NCBI GenBank assembly: GCA_965372875.1
Contig: CBDVDY010000003.1
Location: 1-36,633 of the forward strand
Origin: an uncultured Alphaproteobacteria bacterium
GTDB taxonomy: Bacteria > Pseudomonadota > Alphaproteobacteria > CBDVDY01
DNA: 36,633 bases
Reading direction: 5' to 3'
Shown here: piece by piece, positions 9,356-18,452 of the stretch
Position numbering within the stretch: the first letter of the stretch is position 1
Layout: every line of letters begins with the position of its first letter
The notes under the pieces: model-generated
Databases searched by the model: none
Seen by the model: only the letters and a program-made list of their open reading frames with translations
What the model was told of the DNA's origin: nothing
Program-made: the position numbers and the translations under genes

Positions 9356-9586
9356 CTTCGCCGGGCCAGTCAGGCCGCTTCCTTTCCTTCATTCAACCGA
9401 AGCGTAACCGTTCCCGGCCCAATGGCGGCCGGGTGGCGCGGGCCGTTCGCGCGTGATCGCGCGACGTGGCGGCATACCGCCGCCGCCCGATGCGAACGGA
9501 GAAACCAAAGGAGCAAAAACGGGGAAATTCGGGTCTGCGTCCCGACCAGGACGATGTGCTCGCCGTTATACCAAGTCTCACTGATA

Positions 9587-10468
9587 TTAGACCGCGACGC
9601 GCCTTTCGGGCGCCGGTGACGCGGCAACCGAGCCGGGCTCGGCTCCCGAAGCATCGTGGCCGACGACCCGGTAGACACCGCTCAGGTCCGAGACCGGCTT
9701 GAACATATCGCTCACACCCAAAACGGTTTCCGCGCCGCCGAGATACAGGAACCCGTCGTCGGGCAGAAGTTTACTCATCTCGTCAAGAATACAACCCTTG
9801 GTTTCCTGGTCGAAATAGATCAGGACGTTGCGGCAAAAGATGATATCCACCGGCCCGATCGAGCCGATGTCGTCCAACAGGTTGAAGGTGCGGTAGTCGA
9901 CCATCGCGCGGATGGCGTCGTCGATCTGCCAGTAAGCCTCCTGCTGCTCGAAATACTTAACCAGGTAATGAACCGGCAACCCGCGCTGAACCTCGAACTG
10001 CGTGTAGGAGCCGGCGCGGGCGCGGTCGAGTGCCGCCGTAGAGAGATCGGTGGCAATAATTTCGATCCGCCAACCGGGAAGTTTGTTCCGCTCCTCGTTC
10101 AGAATCATTGCCAACGTATACGGTTCCTGGCCGGTGGAGGCGGCGGCGCACCAGATACGCAGGCTTTTCCTGCTCGCGCGTGCCTCGATAAATCGGGGCA
10201 GGACCATCTGTTGAAATTGCTCGAACGGTGTCACGTCCCGAAAGAAGAACGACTCGTTGGTCGTCATGGCTTCCGTGACTTCGCGGATAAGGTCGTCGTC
10301 GTTCAACGCCCTAAGCGCCTGGAACAGATCGTCGAGGCTGCTCATCATGCGCTTTCTGGCGACCGGCAAAAGACGGTTTTCGAGGAGGTACGCTTTGTCC
10401 TGAGACAAAACCAGGCCGGAGCGTTCCCTCAGGAACGCGACCATGAAATCATAGTCGTCCGGCTTCAT
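9587..10468 (-). CDS. cheR: Chemotaxis methyltransferase CheR
   Basis: TTNESFFFRD, RIWCAAASTGQEPY, DIIFCRNVLIYFD, GFLYLGGAE. Confidence 0.96.
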   Translation of the reverse strand: MKPDDYDFMVAFLRERSGLVLSQDKAYLLENRLLPVARKRMMSSLDDLFQALRALNDDDLIREVTEAMTTNESFFFRDVTPFEQFQQMVLPRFIEARASRKSLRIWCAAASTGQEPYTLAMILNEERNKLPGWRIEIIATDLSTAALDRARAGSYTQFEVQRGLPVHYLVKYFEQQEAYWQIDDAIRAMVDYRTFNLLDDIGSIGPVDIIFCRNVLIYFDQETKGCILDEMSKLLPDDGFLYLGGAETVLGVSDMFKPVSDLSGVYRVVGHDASGAEPGSVAASPAPERRVAV

Positions 10469-11658
10469 CAGATGCTCCTCGACACGAAATTGGTGACGTA
10501 GCCCCCGATTTCGTCGATCGGCAGAACCGCGCTACACACGCCGGCCGCCGCCGCCGCGCCGGGCATGCCCCACACCACGCTGGTCGCCTCGTCCTGGGCG
10601 ATCACGGTGCCGCCCCCTTCCACGATGGCCTGGCCGCCGGCGCAGCCATCGTGGCCCATCCCTGTCAGAATGACGGTAAGCACCTGAGGTCCATAGGCAG
10701 CGGCAAGGCTTCGCAGCATCGTATCGACCGCCGGACGGCAATAATTCTCGGGCGGGTCCTGATTGAGGTGGATGGTCTTGCCGCCCCCCTCCTCGACCGA
10801 CACAGTCATGTGGTAGTCGCCGGGCGCCAGATAGATATGGCTGTCCTCCACCGCCATCCCGTCCGCGCCCTCGCTGCAGGCGCGGTCGCCAATCCGCTCG
10901 ATGTGCTCGGCCAGGATCTGGGTGAACGTGGGAGGCATATGCTGGGTGACAAGAATTGGCACCGTCACCGATTTCGCCAGCTTCCCGAAGAATTTAAACA
11001 AAGCCTGGGGACCGCCCGTAGAGCTTCCGACCGCTAGTACTCTAGGCGTGTAGGTCGACCGCTTTCGCAACGATATCGCCCCGCCGCCGGCGACCTCGGC
11101 GTGTGAATGCATCGTCCGCCCGGATTTTTTAACCGTGGAAGGACCGGCGGCCGGCGCGCGGGCGGAAACCGGAACCCTACCGGGCCGCACCGCGTCGCCC
11201 CGTTTGGCCGCCGCAAGCGCCTTGACCTTGTCAAGCAGTTCGCGGCGAAAGTCCTCGGCGGCGCTCAAATCGCGGGTCGAGCTCGGCTTGGGGATATATT
11301 CGTCCGCGCCGCTGGCGAGACACTTGATGCTGATCTCGGCGTTTCGGACGGTCAGCGTCGACGCCATGATGATCTTTACATCGGGCGCCTGGGCGACGAT
11401 CTTCGGCAGCGCCGTCAAGCCGTCCATTACCGGCATTTCGATATCGAGTATGACGACATCGACGTCGTGGCGGGCGACGCTACTGACCGCCATCTGGCCA
11501 TTGCTCACGGAGGCCACGACCTCGACCAACGGATCGGACTCGAGGGTCCTGGCGATCAGTCCGCGAACCACCGCCGAATCATCGACGATCATTACACGGT
11601 AGGGTTGAGTTAATTTGCCTGCCGCCGCGATACTATTTTCGGCCGGCCCGTCCGGCAT
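10468..11658 (-). CDS. cheB: Chemotaxis response-regulator methylesterase CheB
   Basis: Receiver domain (IVDDS, LDIEMP) plus esterase triad motifs GSSTGGP, QHMP, LTGMGHDG. Confidence 0.96.
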   Translation of the reverse strand: MPDGPAENSIAAAGKLTQPYRVMIVDDSAVVRGLIARTLESDPLVEVVASVSNGQMAVSSVARHDVDVVILDIEMPVMDGLTALPKIVAQAPDVKIIMASTLTVRNAEISIKCLASGADEYIPKPSSTRDLSAAEDFRRELLDKVKALAAAKRGDAVRPGRVPVSARAPAAGPSTVKKSGRTMHSHAEVAGGGAISLRKRSTYTPRVLAVGSSTGGPQALFKFFGKLAKSVTVPILVTQHMPPTFTQILAEHIERIGDRACSEGADGMAVEDSHIYLAPGDYHMTVSVEEGGGKTIHLNQDPPENYCRPAVDTMLRSLAAAYGPQVLTVILTGMGHDGCAGGQAIVEGGGTVIAQDEATSVVWGMPGAAAAAGVCSAVLPIDEIGGYVTNFVSRSI

Positions 11659-12023
11659 TAGATGAGGCCTACCTGCGCGAACTTTGTTTCCAGAATTTCG
11701 CTGTCGAATGGTTTCATAATGTATTCGTTGGCGCCGGCTGACATGGCCTCGACGATACGATTCATCTCGGTTTCGGTCGTGCAGAACACAACCACCGGCG
11801 CATCGCCGCCGTCCGAGCTGCGCAATTCCTTGAGAAATTCCAAGCCGCCCATGACCGGCATATTCCAGTCAAGCAAGATGGCGTCGGGCATCCGATTCCT
11901 GCAAGCGTCCATGGCCTGGGAGCCGTCTTCGGCCTCTTCCACTTCGAAATTCAAGCTTTCCAGGATCTTTCGGGCCACCAGCCGGATGACCTTCGAATCG
12001 TCGACGACGAGGCAGCTTTTCAT
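11658..12023 (-). CDS. cheY: Chemotaxis response regulator CheY
   Basis: Single receiver domain MKSCLVVDDS...LLDWNMP...FCTT...YIMKPF; ATG at 12023 has a GGAG RBS (ORF-track start 12047 likely too long). Confidence 0.92.
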   Translation of the reverse strand: MKSCLVVDDSKVIRLVARKILESLNFEVEEAEDGSQAMDACRNRMPDAILLDWNMPVMGGLEFLKELRSSDGGDAPVVVFCTTETEMNRIVEAMSAGANEYIMKPFDSEILETKFAQVGLI

Positions 12024-12080
12024 CGGAAATCTCCGCTCCGCGCGCAACGCCGGAAAATTGCGGCACGCAAAATAATTGAT

Positions 12081-12581
12081 CTAGGCTGCGACCTTCGCAT
12101 CGAAATCGAGCAACCGCTCCACATCCATGACCAGCAACAACTTTCCTTCCAGGCGGTGGACGCCGTTGCAAATGCTCTTCCACACCGGGTCCAGTGTCGC
12201 GGGCGTGTTTTCGTGGGTCTCCGCGGGAAGCGTCAGAACTTCGCCAACGGAGTCCACGATAAGGCTGTAGAGCTCGCCGCCATGATCGACCACGATGCTC
12301 ATGCCAAGTTCCTCTTCCGGCCGGTCCGTCAGTCGCAACCGGCGGCGCACGTCGATCGCGGTCACGATGCGGCCACGCAGGTTCAATGCACCCGCCACTT
12401 CGGGCGGCGCCAGAGGTACCCGCCTGAGCTTCTGCGAGCGAAGGACGTCCTGCACCATAAGGACCGGAATTCCGAAAAGCTGATTCTCGATCGTCAGGGT
12501 GACGAAATCTTCGGTCTTCCCGGTAGCGACGCCGTGATCCACTCCGGGACCCGCGGCCGTTTGCGCGATATCGTTGCTCAT
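12081..12581 (-). CDS. cheW: Chemotaxis coupling protein CheW
   Basis: FVTLTIENQLFGIPV..VQDV, VAGALNLRGRIVTAID, LIVDSVGEV. Confidence 0.95.
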   Translation of the reverse strand: MSNDIAQTAAGPGVDHGVATGKTEDFVTLTIENQLFGIPVLMVQDVLRSQKLRRVPLAPPEVAGALNLRGRIVTAIDVRRRLRLTDRPEEELGMSIVVDHGGELYSLIVDSVGEVLTLPAETHENTPATLDPVWKSICNGVHRLEGKLLLVMDVERLLDFDAKVAA

Positions 12582-15274
12582 GCGGCTTCTCTTTTCGTGG
12601 ACAGGGTTTCCGACAGGGCATTCAGCAACGCGTCACGATCGAACTTCGCGACATAGTCGCTGAAACCCACGCTCCGGCCGCGGTCCAGGTCGCTAACGGT
12701 TGCGGTATGAGAAAGCGCCACCAGCGGCGTGTCCTGCCAGCGGCCTTCTTTCTTCACCGTTTCGGCGAACTCGAAGCCACTCATGCCCGGCATTTCGATA
12801 TCGCTGAGGATGATGTCGAAATCGCGGCCGGCTTCACACAGTTCCAGGGCCTTATCGCCGCTTTCCACGGTCGTCACTTCGTAACCCGCGACCTGCAGCA
12901 ACGGTGAAAGGAGGTTACGGAAGAACGGGCTGTCGTCGACCAGGAGGATGTGGCGCGCCTTACCGTCGGTCGAAACATGGGCACCCGACGACCAATCGTC
13001 GAAGGCGTTGCTCAGAAAATGACCGGCATCGATGATCTCGGTAGCGGCCCCCGCCACGACCGCGGTCCCAAGGAACCCGGGCTTGGCGGATCCTAGCTCG
13101 ACGTCGAGACGCTCCTCGATGATGTCGAGAATCTCGGCGACAACCAGCCCCATCGACCGCTCGCCCTCGGCAAAGACCAGGGTCGGCTGACGGCCCTCGG
13201 ACTTGATCGGCAACTCGGGATTGATCGGCACCAGCGGCATAAGCTTGCCACGGTACTGCACGACCGGTTTGCCGTCGGAGCTCTCGATGGCCTCGCACTC
13301 GATTTCCTCGAGGCGAGCGACCAGCGACAGCGGAACCGCCATCGGCGAGCCGTCGGCTTCGCCCTTGAACAGAAGCAGCGCAATGCTCTCTCCATCGCCC
13401 GCCTCCTTCGCGGCGGCGGCTTCCCGATCCGCCGCGCTTTCCTTCGGCGCCACCTCGCCCGTCGCCATCGCGATGCCGTTGGGATCGAGGATCATGACAA
13501 CGCTGCCGTCGCCAAGAATTGTGTTGCCGGAGAACATGGTGATATCGCGAAGGATTGGAGCGACCGGCTTGACCACGATTTCCTCGGTATCGAACACCCG
13601 GTCGACGATGATGCCGAAAGTGTAGGTGCCGACCTGGGTGACGATGATGAACTCGGCGTCGCCTTCCGCCTCGTCCGCCTTGTCGAATTTCAACAGATCG
13701 CGAAGCGAGACCAGCGGCAATAGCTGGTTGCGCAAGCGCAGCACCGGAGCGTTATTGATCCACTCCACCTGTAGTTCCGATTTGGCCGATGTGCGGACCA
13801 ATTCGAGCACGCTGATCTGCGGGATGGCGAACCGTTCGCCGGCGCTCTCGATGATGAGTGCGTTGACGATGGCAAGGGTCAGCGGGATTTTGATGTTGAA
13901 GGTCGACCCCTTGCCTTCGGTGCTCGACAGCTCGATGGTGCCGCCGATTTTCTCGATATTGGTGCGCACCACGTCCATGCCCACGCCGCGGCCCGAAGTT
14001 TTTGTGACCTCGGTGGCGGTTGAGAAGCCCGCCTTGAAAATATATTGCTGAATCTGCTGATCGCTCATCGATTCGAGCTCGGCTTCGGTCACCAACCCGT
14101 TGGCGATCAACTTTTCCTTGATCTTCGCCATAGGCAGCCCTTTGCCGTCGTCGGAGATCTCGATGACGATGTGCCCGCCTTCGTGGCGGGCGTGCAGCGT
14201 GATCCGGCCGGTCTCGGGCTTGCCGGCGGCGACCCTTTCTTCGGGCAACTCGATCCCATGATCGCCCGAGTTGCGAACCATATGGGTCAACGGGTCCTTG
14301 ATCATCTCCAGAAGCTGGCGATCGAGCTCGGTCTCGGCACCAAGCATCTCCAGTTCGATGGATTTGCCCATATCGAGCGCCAGATCGCGCACGATACGCG
14401 GGAGCTTGGCCCAGGCGTTGCCGATCGGCTGCATGCGCGTCTGCATGACGCCTTCCTGCAACTCGGACGTCACGTGATTGAGACGCTGCAGCGGCGCCGC
14501 GAAATCGGACTCGTCATGCATGCGAAGAATTTGCAGCAACTGATTTCGTGTCAGCACAAGCTCGCTGACCATATTCATCAGATCTTCCAGAAGATCCACG
14601 TGAACGCGGATGCTCTTGACGGCAACGCTCGATTCCGTTGCGCCCGCCTCGCCCTTGTCCGAAGCCTCCGGCTCCGCGGCCGGGCTGGCGGATTCGGGTT
14701 CCGCCTCCGCCGCCGGCTCCTGCTCCGGCGTGGCTTCGGCGGACGCTTCGGCTAGGTCTTCCGCTGGCGCCGCCGCTTCGTCGGCCATCGGCTCGGCGGG
14801 CGCGTCCGCCTCCGCTTCGGCGGGAGTGTCGACTTGAACCTCCGCCGCGGCGAACGCCGCCTCCATTTCGTCCACGGTTCCCGGCGCATCGCCCGTAGCC
14901 GTCGCCACCATGGCGTCCAGCCGGGCAACCAGGGCGGCGTCGTCGCCCTCGGGTTCGGCTTCCGTCTCCCCAATGACCGCCACGATCGACTTAATCGCGT
15001 CCAGCGCCTCGAGGATAAGCGTCACCGCCTCCGGCGTGACTTCGATCTCGCCGTCGCGGAATTTGCCAAGAAGATTTTCCCCCGAGTGGGCCACCGATTC
15101 GAGCCGCGGCAGGCCAAGAAAGCCGCAGGTGCCCTTGATCGTGTGGACAATTCGAAAGATGCTACCGAGCAGATCGGGGTCGTTCGGGGTCTTTTCGAGC
15201 TGGACCAATTCCTGATCGAGGATCGAAAGACCTTCGATGGTCTCCGTCAGAAAATCGCTTAATAGATCATCCAT
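12578..15274 (-). CDS. cheA: Hybrid chemotaxis histidine kinase CheA (Hpt, acidic linker, dimerization, HATPase, two CheW-like domains, C-terminal receiver)
   Basis: IFRIVHTIKGTCGFL Hpt, HMVRNSGDHG, DDGKG, GFSTA..SGRGVGMDVV, two CheW-like segments, terminal ILLVDDS..SDIEMP receiver. Confidence 0.96.
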   Translation of the reverse strand: MDDLLSDFLTETIEGLSILDQELVQLEKTPNDPDLLGSIFRIVHTIKGTCGFLGLPRLESVAHSGENLLGKFRDGEIEVTPEAVTLILEALDAIKSIVAVIGETEAEPEGDDAALVARLDAMVATATGDAPGTVDEMEAAFAAAEVQVDTPAEAEADAPAEPMADEAAAPAEDLAEASAEATPEQEPAAEAEPESASPAAEPEASDKGEAGATESSVAVKSIRVHVDLLEDLMNMVSELVLTRNQLLQILRMHDESDFAAPLQRLNHVTSELQEGVMQTRMQPIGNAWAKLPRIVRDLALDMGKSIELEMLGAETELDRQLLEMIKDPLTHMVRNSGDHGIELPEERVAAGKPETGRITLHARHEGGHIVIEISDDGKGLPMAKIKEKLIANGLVTEAELESMSDQQIQQYIFKAGFSTATEVTKTSGRGVGMDVVRTNIEKIGGTIELSSTEGKGSTFNIKIPLTLAIVNALIIESAGERFAIPQISVLELVRTSAKSELQVEWINNAPVLRLRNQLLPLVSLRDLLKFDKADEAEGDAEFIIVTQVGTYTFGIIVDRVFDTEEIVVKPVAPILRDITMFSGNTILGDGSVVMILDPNGIAMATGEVAPKESAADREAAAAKEAGDGESIALLLFKGEADGSPMAVPLSLVARLEEIECEAIESSDGKPVVQYRGKLMPLVPINPELPIKSEGRQPTLVFAEGERSMGLVVAEILDIIEERLDVELGSAKPGFLGTAVVAGAATEIIDAGHFLSNAFDDWSSGAHVSTDGKARHILLVDDSPFFRNLLSPLLQVAGYEVTTVESGDKALELCEAGRDFDIILSDIEMPGMSGFEFAETVKKEGRWQDTPLVALSHTATVSDLDRGRSVGFSDYVAKFDRDALLNALSETLSTKREAA

Positions 15275-15339
15275 GACTGGCTTCCGTCTTCGGAGGAGTG
15301 GAACACGGCGATTTCCCTCCCCATATGTTTAGGCGCGGC

Positions 15340-15404
15340 GGGCAATTTCCGCCCCCCGGCGATGGAAGCAGAATGGCTAAAAATGTTTAAAATCGGGTAA
15401 AATG
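15340..15404 (-). promoter_or_regulatory. Candidate che operon promoter: CtrA-like box plus ftr-like dyad
   Basis: TTAA-AATCGGG-TAAA at 15387-15401 within three TAAAA tracts phased at 10 bp (15378, 15388, 15398); GGGCA-ATTTC-CGCCC dyad at 15340-15354. Confidence 0.5.
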
Positions 15405-15427
15405 AAGGGTTAGGCCGAAAGGTCTAT

Positions 15428-16075
15428 TCAATCCCCGAGCCGGAGGAGCGCCGCAAATCGGATCGACCCCTCGGAAGCCGCGACCGTCAGTTCGGTACCC
15501 TGCTCCTCGGCCAGCCGCGCGGTGTAGTACCCCTGGATCGAGCGCGGAGTAAGGTCGGCCGGGGCCACCGCGCCGGTGATACCGCCCAGCTCCTGATCGT
15601 CCAAATGGACACCGTCCCCTTCCGATATCAATTCGGCCGCCAATCGGCCATCGCTGGGCGACAGCCGGACCGTGATGGTACCCGCCGGCGAAAGGGCCTC
15701 GGCGGCGAGGAAGACCATGTTGAGGAGAAGCTTAACGGATCCTTCATCCAGGTTCGTCGCTCCTATGCCCTCGTCCGCCGGCCAATCGAGGGTCATCCTG
15801 TCGGATTCGATGGTCGCGTCGGCGAGGCCTTTTGCATCTCGAACGGTGCGCGCCGCGCCAGTTGCCAAGCCGTAGGCAACGCGGAAGAACTTGAGACGTG
15901 CCGCTGCCTGATCGGCGCTGCTGGCGACAAGATCCATCGCCTCTTCGTCGTTGCCCGAGCCGAATTCGCGAACCAGTTCAACGCCATTGTTTATCGCCCC
16001 GACCGGCCCCACCAGGTCGTGGCACAATCGCGAACACAGGAGATGCAAAACTCGAAGATCGACATTTACGGTCAT
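15428..16075 (-). CDS. chpT: Histidine phosphotransferase ChpT
   Basis: LLCSRLCHDLVGPVGAINNGVEL phospho-His motif, ARLKFFRVAYG, degenerate ATPase-like C-terminal domain, LTPRSIQGYY. Confidence 0.92.
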   Translation of the reverse strand: MTVNVDLRVLHLLCSRLCHDLVGPVGAINNGVELVREFGSGNDEEAMDLVASSADQAAARLKFFRVAYGLATGAARTVRDAKGLADATIESDRMTLDWPADEGIGATNLDEGSVKLLLNMVFLAAEALSPAGTITVRLSPSDGRLAAELISEGDGVHLDDQELGGITGAVAPADLTPRSIQGYYTARLAEEQGTELTVAASEGSIRFAALLRLGD

Positions 16076-16199
16076 TGGCAGGCACTCACCGGGTTATTTT
16101 CACCGGCCCGCACGTACCGGACGCCGCGGGCATACGTTCTTTATAGAGTGGCTGTCGACTTGTAAAATCATGATTGATCGGAATTGCAACAGCATTGTC

Positions 16200-16391
16200 A
16201 TGAGCCACTATCTCGTCCCCGGCACTTTTGTCCGCCACCCGACCCAACCCGATTGGGGACTGGGCCAAGTTCAGTCGGTCGTCGGGAATCGCGTGACCGT
16301 GAATTTCGAAAACGCCGGGAAATTGTTGATCAACACCGACGCCGTGACCCTCTTGGAAGTCGGCGACGGACCGGAGGATCGTCGATCATGA
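16200..16391 (+). CDS. DUF3553-family small protein
   Basis: MSHYLVPGTFVRHPTQPDWGLGQVQSVVGNRVTVNFENAGK; ATG at 16200; divergent from chpT as is common in alphaproteobacteria. Confidence 0.85.
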   Translation: MSHYLVPGTFVRHPTQPDWGLGQVQSVVGNRVTVNFENAGKLLINTDAVTLLEVGDGPEDRRS

Positions 16392-16511
16392 CAGACGAAT
16401 CTCCGCTTTCATCCACTACCCGGTACGCGTTGGGTTGTGATACAATCTCTGAACTCCGAACCCTCCTCTAGTCTGATTCGCCGTAGCGCGCTCCGCGCGG
16501 GAAATTCAAAA

Positions 16512-17618
16512 ATGAACGCTCGCCTTCCCACCTGGCGCGGATTGGCATTATTGCTCTGCTTGTCGTGGGCAACCAGCGCGCCGGCGCAAACCGACGTGCC
16601 GGTCGCCGATTTCGCGCTGCTCGCGGCTGCCGCACAGGGCCGAGCGGACCTCGTCGCCTTCGCTCTGGAGCGGGGCGCCGACATCGAAGCCCGCCGGCCG
16701 CCCGACGGTGTCTCGGCGCTCGTGTTGGCGGCGAAAAACGGCCATCGTCGGGTGATCGACCTGCTGCTGGCGCACCGAGCCGAGGTCGACGGGCGGGAAA
16801 CCCGGTATGGCCATACCGCGCTCATGCTCGCGGCCCGGCACGGATGGCCCGATGTCATTGCCGCGCTGGCCGCCGCCGGGGCCGACATCGAGGCCCGTGA
16901 CCGGAAACTCGGACTGACGCCCTTGATGCTCGCGGCCCGAAATTTGCGCCGCGGCGGTGCCGACCGCGCGGATCACCTTGGCGCCTTGGCGGAACTCCTG
17001 GCCCGGGGCGCCGACGTCAACGCCAGGGCCAGTGACGGCTGGACCGCGCTGATGGCCGCGGCAAAGCATGGCCAAACCGACATCGTTCTATTGCTGCTGG
17101 GCGCCGGCGCCAACGCGTCGATGCGAACCGATGACCAACGGTTCGCGCTTTTGCTGTCCGCCGAAGGCGGCCACGACGCCACGGTCCGCGCGCTAATTCG
17201 GGCCGACGCCAAGGTGACGGAACGTTCCGCCGATGGCGCGACGGCCCTGGATCGCGCGGCGGCGACCGGCAGTCTCGCCACCACCACGCTGATCCTCTAT
17301 GCCGGCGCGGCCATCGATGCCCCGGGAAAGGACGGCAACACGTCGCTTATTCAGGCGGCCAAGGCAGGGCATGATGACATCGTCGAGTTTTTGATCAGAA
17401 GCGGCGCCAACGTCAATGTCCCCGGGACCAAGGATGGCAACACGGCGCTCATGGCGGCGGCAAATCGTGGGTTGACGAATATTGTCGAGCGCCTCATCGC
17501 CGCCGGCGCGGACGTGAATGCGGCGGCAAGGGACGGATGGACCGCGCTGCAGGCGGCGGACATGATCGGCAATCAAAAAATTCTGAGCCTCTTGCGGGAG
17601 GCTGGCGCCCGGCAATGA
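16512..17618 (+). CDS. Exported ankyrin-repeat protein (about 10 repeats)
   Basis: Signal peptide MNARLPTWRGLALLLCLSWATSAPA-Q followed by repeated G.TAL..AA..G...IV..LL..GA.VNA units; ATG at 16512. Confidence 0.9.
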   Translation: MNARLPTWRGLALLLCLSWATSAPAQTDVPVADFALLAAAAQGRADLVAFALERGADIEARRPPDGVSALVLAAKNGHRRVIDLLLAHRAEVDGRETRYGHTALMLAARHGWPDVIAALAAAGADIEARDRKLGLTPLMLAARNLRRGGADRADHLGALAELLARGADVNARASDGWTALMAAAKHGQTDIVLLLLGAGANASMRTDDQRFALLLSAEGGHDATVRALIRADAKVTERSADGATALDRAAATGSLATTTLILYAGAAIDAPGKDGNTSLIQAAKAGHDDIVEFLIRSGANVNVPGTKDGNTALMAAANRGLTNIVERLIAAGADVNAAARDGWTALQAADMIGNQKILSLLREAGARQ

Positions 17619-18064
17619 GCGCGCGGCATAGCCGCGGCGGAGCACGGCGGAGACCGCCATGCCTTGCGGCGGCGGCGCTTGTGGTCGCGGCCTTGGCCGG
17701 TTGCGCCAATGACAACGCCGGCCGCGCCATCCAGACTGCTTCCACAACCGCCGGCGACATCGAGCACGGCAGGCGATTGTTTCGCAAATGCGTCAGTTGC
17801 CACAGCTTGAGGAGAAGCGGCCCAAACAAGGTCGGCCCCCGGCTCCACGGTCTGTTCGGCCGGGTTTCGGGCAGCGTAAGCGACTACAAATTTTCACGGG
17901 CGCTGAAAAACGCGCAAATCATCTGGGACGAGGCGGCGCTCGACATGTACCTCGCGAATACCACGGCGATGGTGCCCGGGACCAAAATGTACGCTTACAT
18001 GTCTCGGTACCGGGACCGCGCCGATCTCATCGCATTTCTTAAGAAAGCGACCGGGGAACCTTGA
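17615..18064 (+). CDS. Class I cytochrome c (c2-like) with predicted lipoprotein anchor
   Basis: CVSCH heme motif, NKVGPRLHGLFGR, PGTKM axial Met; lipobox LAG-C after a hydrophobic stretch; ATG overlaps the ankyrin stop (ATGA). Confidence 0.88.
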   Translation: MSARHSRGGARRRPPCLAAAALVVAALAGCANDNAGRAIQTASTTAGDIEHGRRLFRKCVSCHSLRRSGPNKVGPRLHGLFGRVSGSVSDYKFSRALKNAQIIWDEAALDMYLANTTAMVPGTKMYAYMSRYRDRADLIAFLKKATGEP

Positions 18065-18199
18065 AATATATCGCGAATATCCCATCTGTCGATTTGCTAT
18101 AGGTCATTGTTCCTGTTCGAGTTTCGTAGCACCCGCAAAGCTTTCCGGTGGGCCAAAAATCGATTACCATGCGTGTCTACGCAATAGAGGAATTCGTCA

Positions 18200-18322
18200 A
18201 TGAAGGCATTTCTGAGCGCCTGCGCCGCCGCCATTTTGATCGCGGTTGTCGCTTGGCTGGTTCTCGACGCCGTTGGATCGAGCTCGGCCGAGACCTACAC
18301 GGCGGACGGCACCCGCCTTTAG
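18200..18322 (+). CDS. 40-aa single-TM small protein (missed by ORF track)
   Basis: AGAGGA RBS at 18186-18191, ATG 18200, MKAFLSACAAAILIAVVAWLVLDAVGSSSAETYTADGTRL, TAG 18320-18322. Confidence 0.75.
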   Translation: MKAFLSACAAAILIAVVAWLVLDAVGSSSAETYTADGTRL

Positions 18323-18452
18323 AACCTAATCCGCGTATTCGGCCTAAAGCAGATCCGGGCATTCGGTTGGGCGGTGGTGGGTATTCGGCTGAGAATTCGA
18401 CGGCCAGTCGGATCGACAGGGAATGTTCGACGGTTTGGCGGGACGCCCGGAA

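Noticed and set aside
18323-18452. Recurrent ATTCGG words at 18337, 18361 and 18383 (22-24 bp spacing) resembling a mini-array
   Set aside because: Shared core is only 6-9 bp, spacing is irregular and there are no cas genes; not supportable as CRISPR or iterons.
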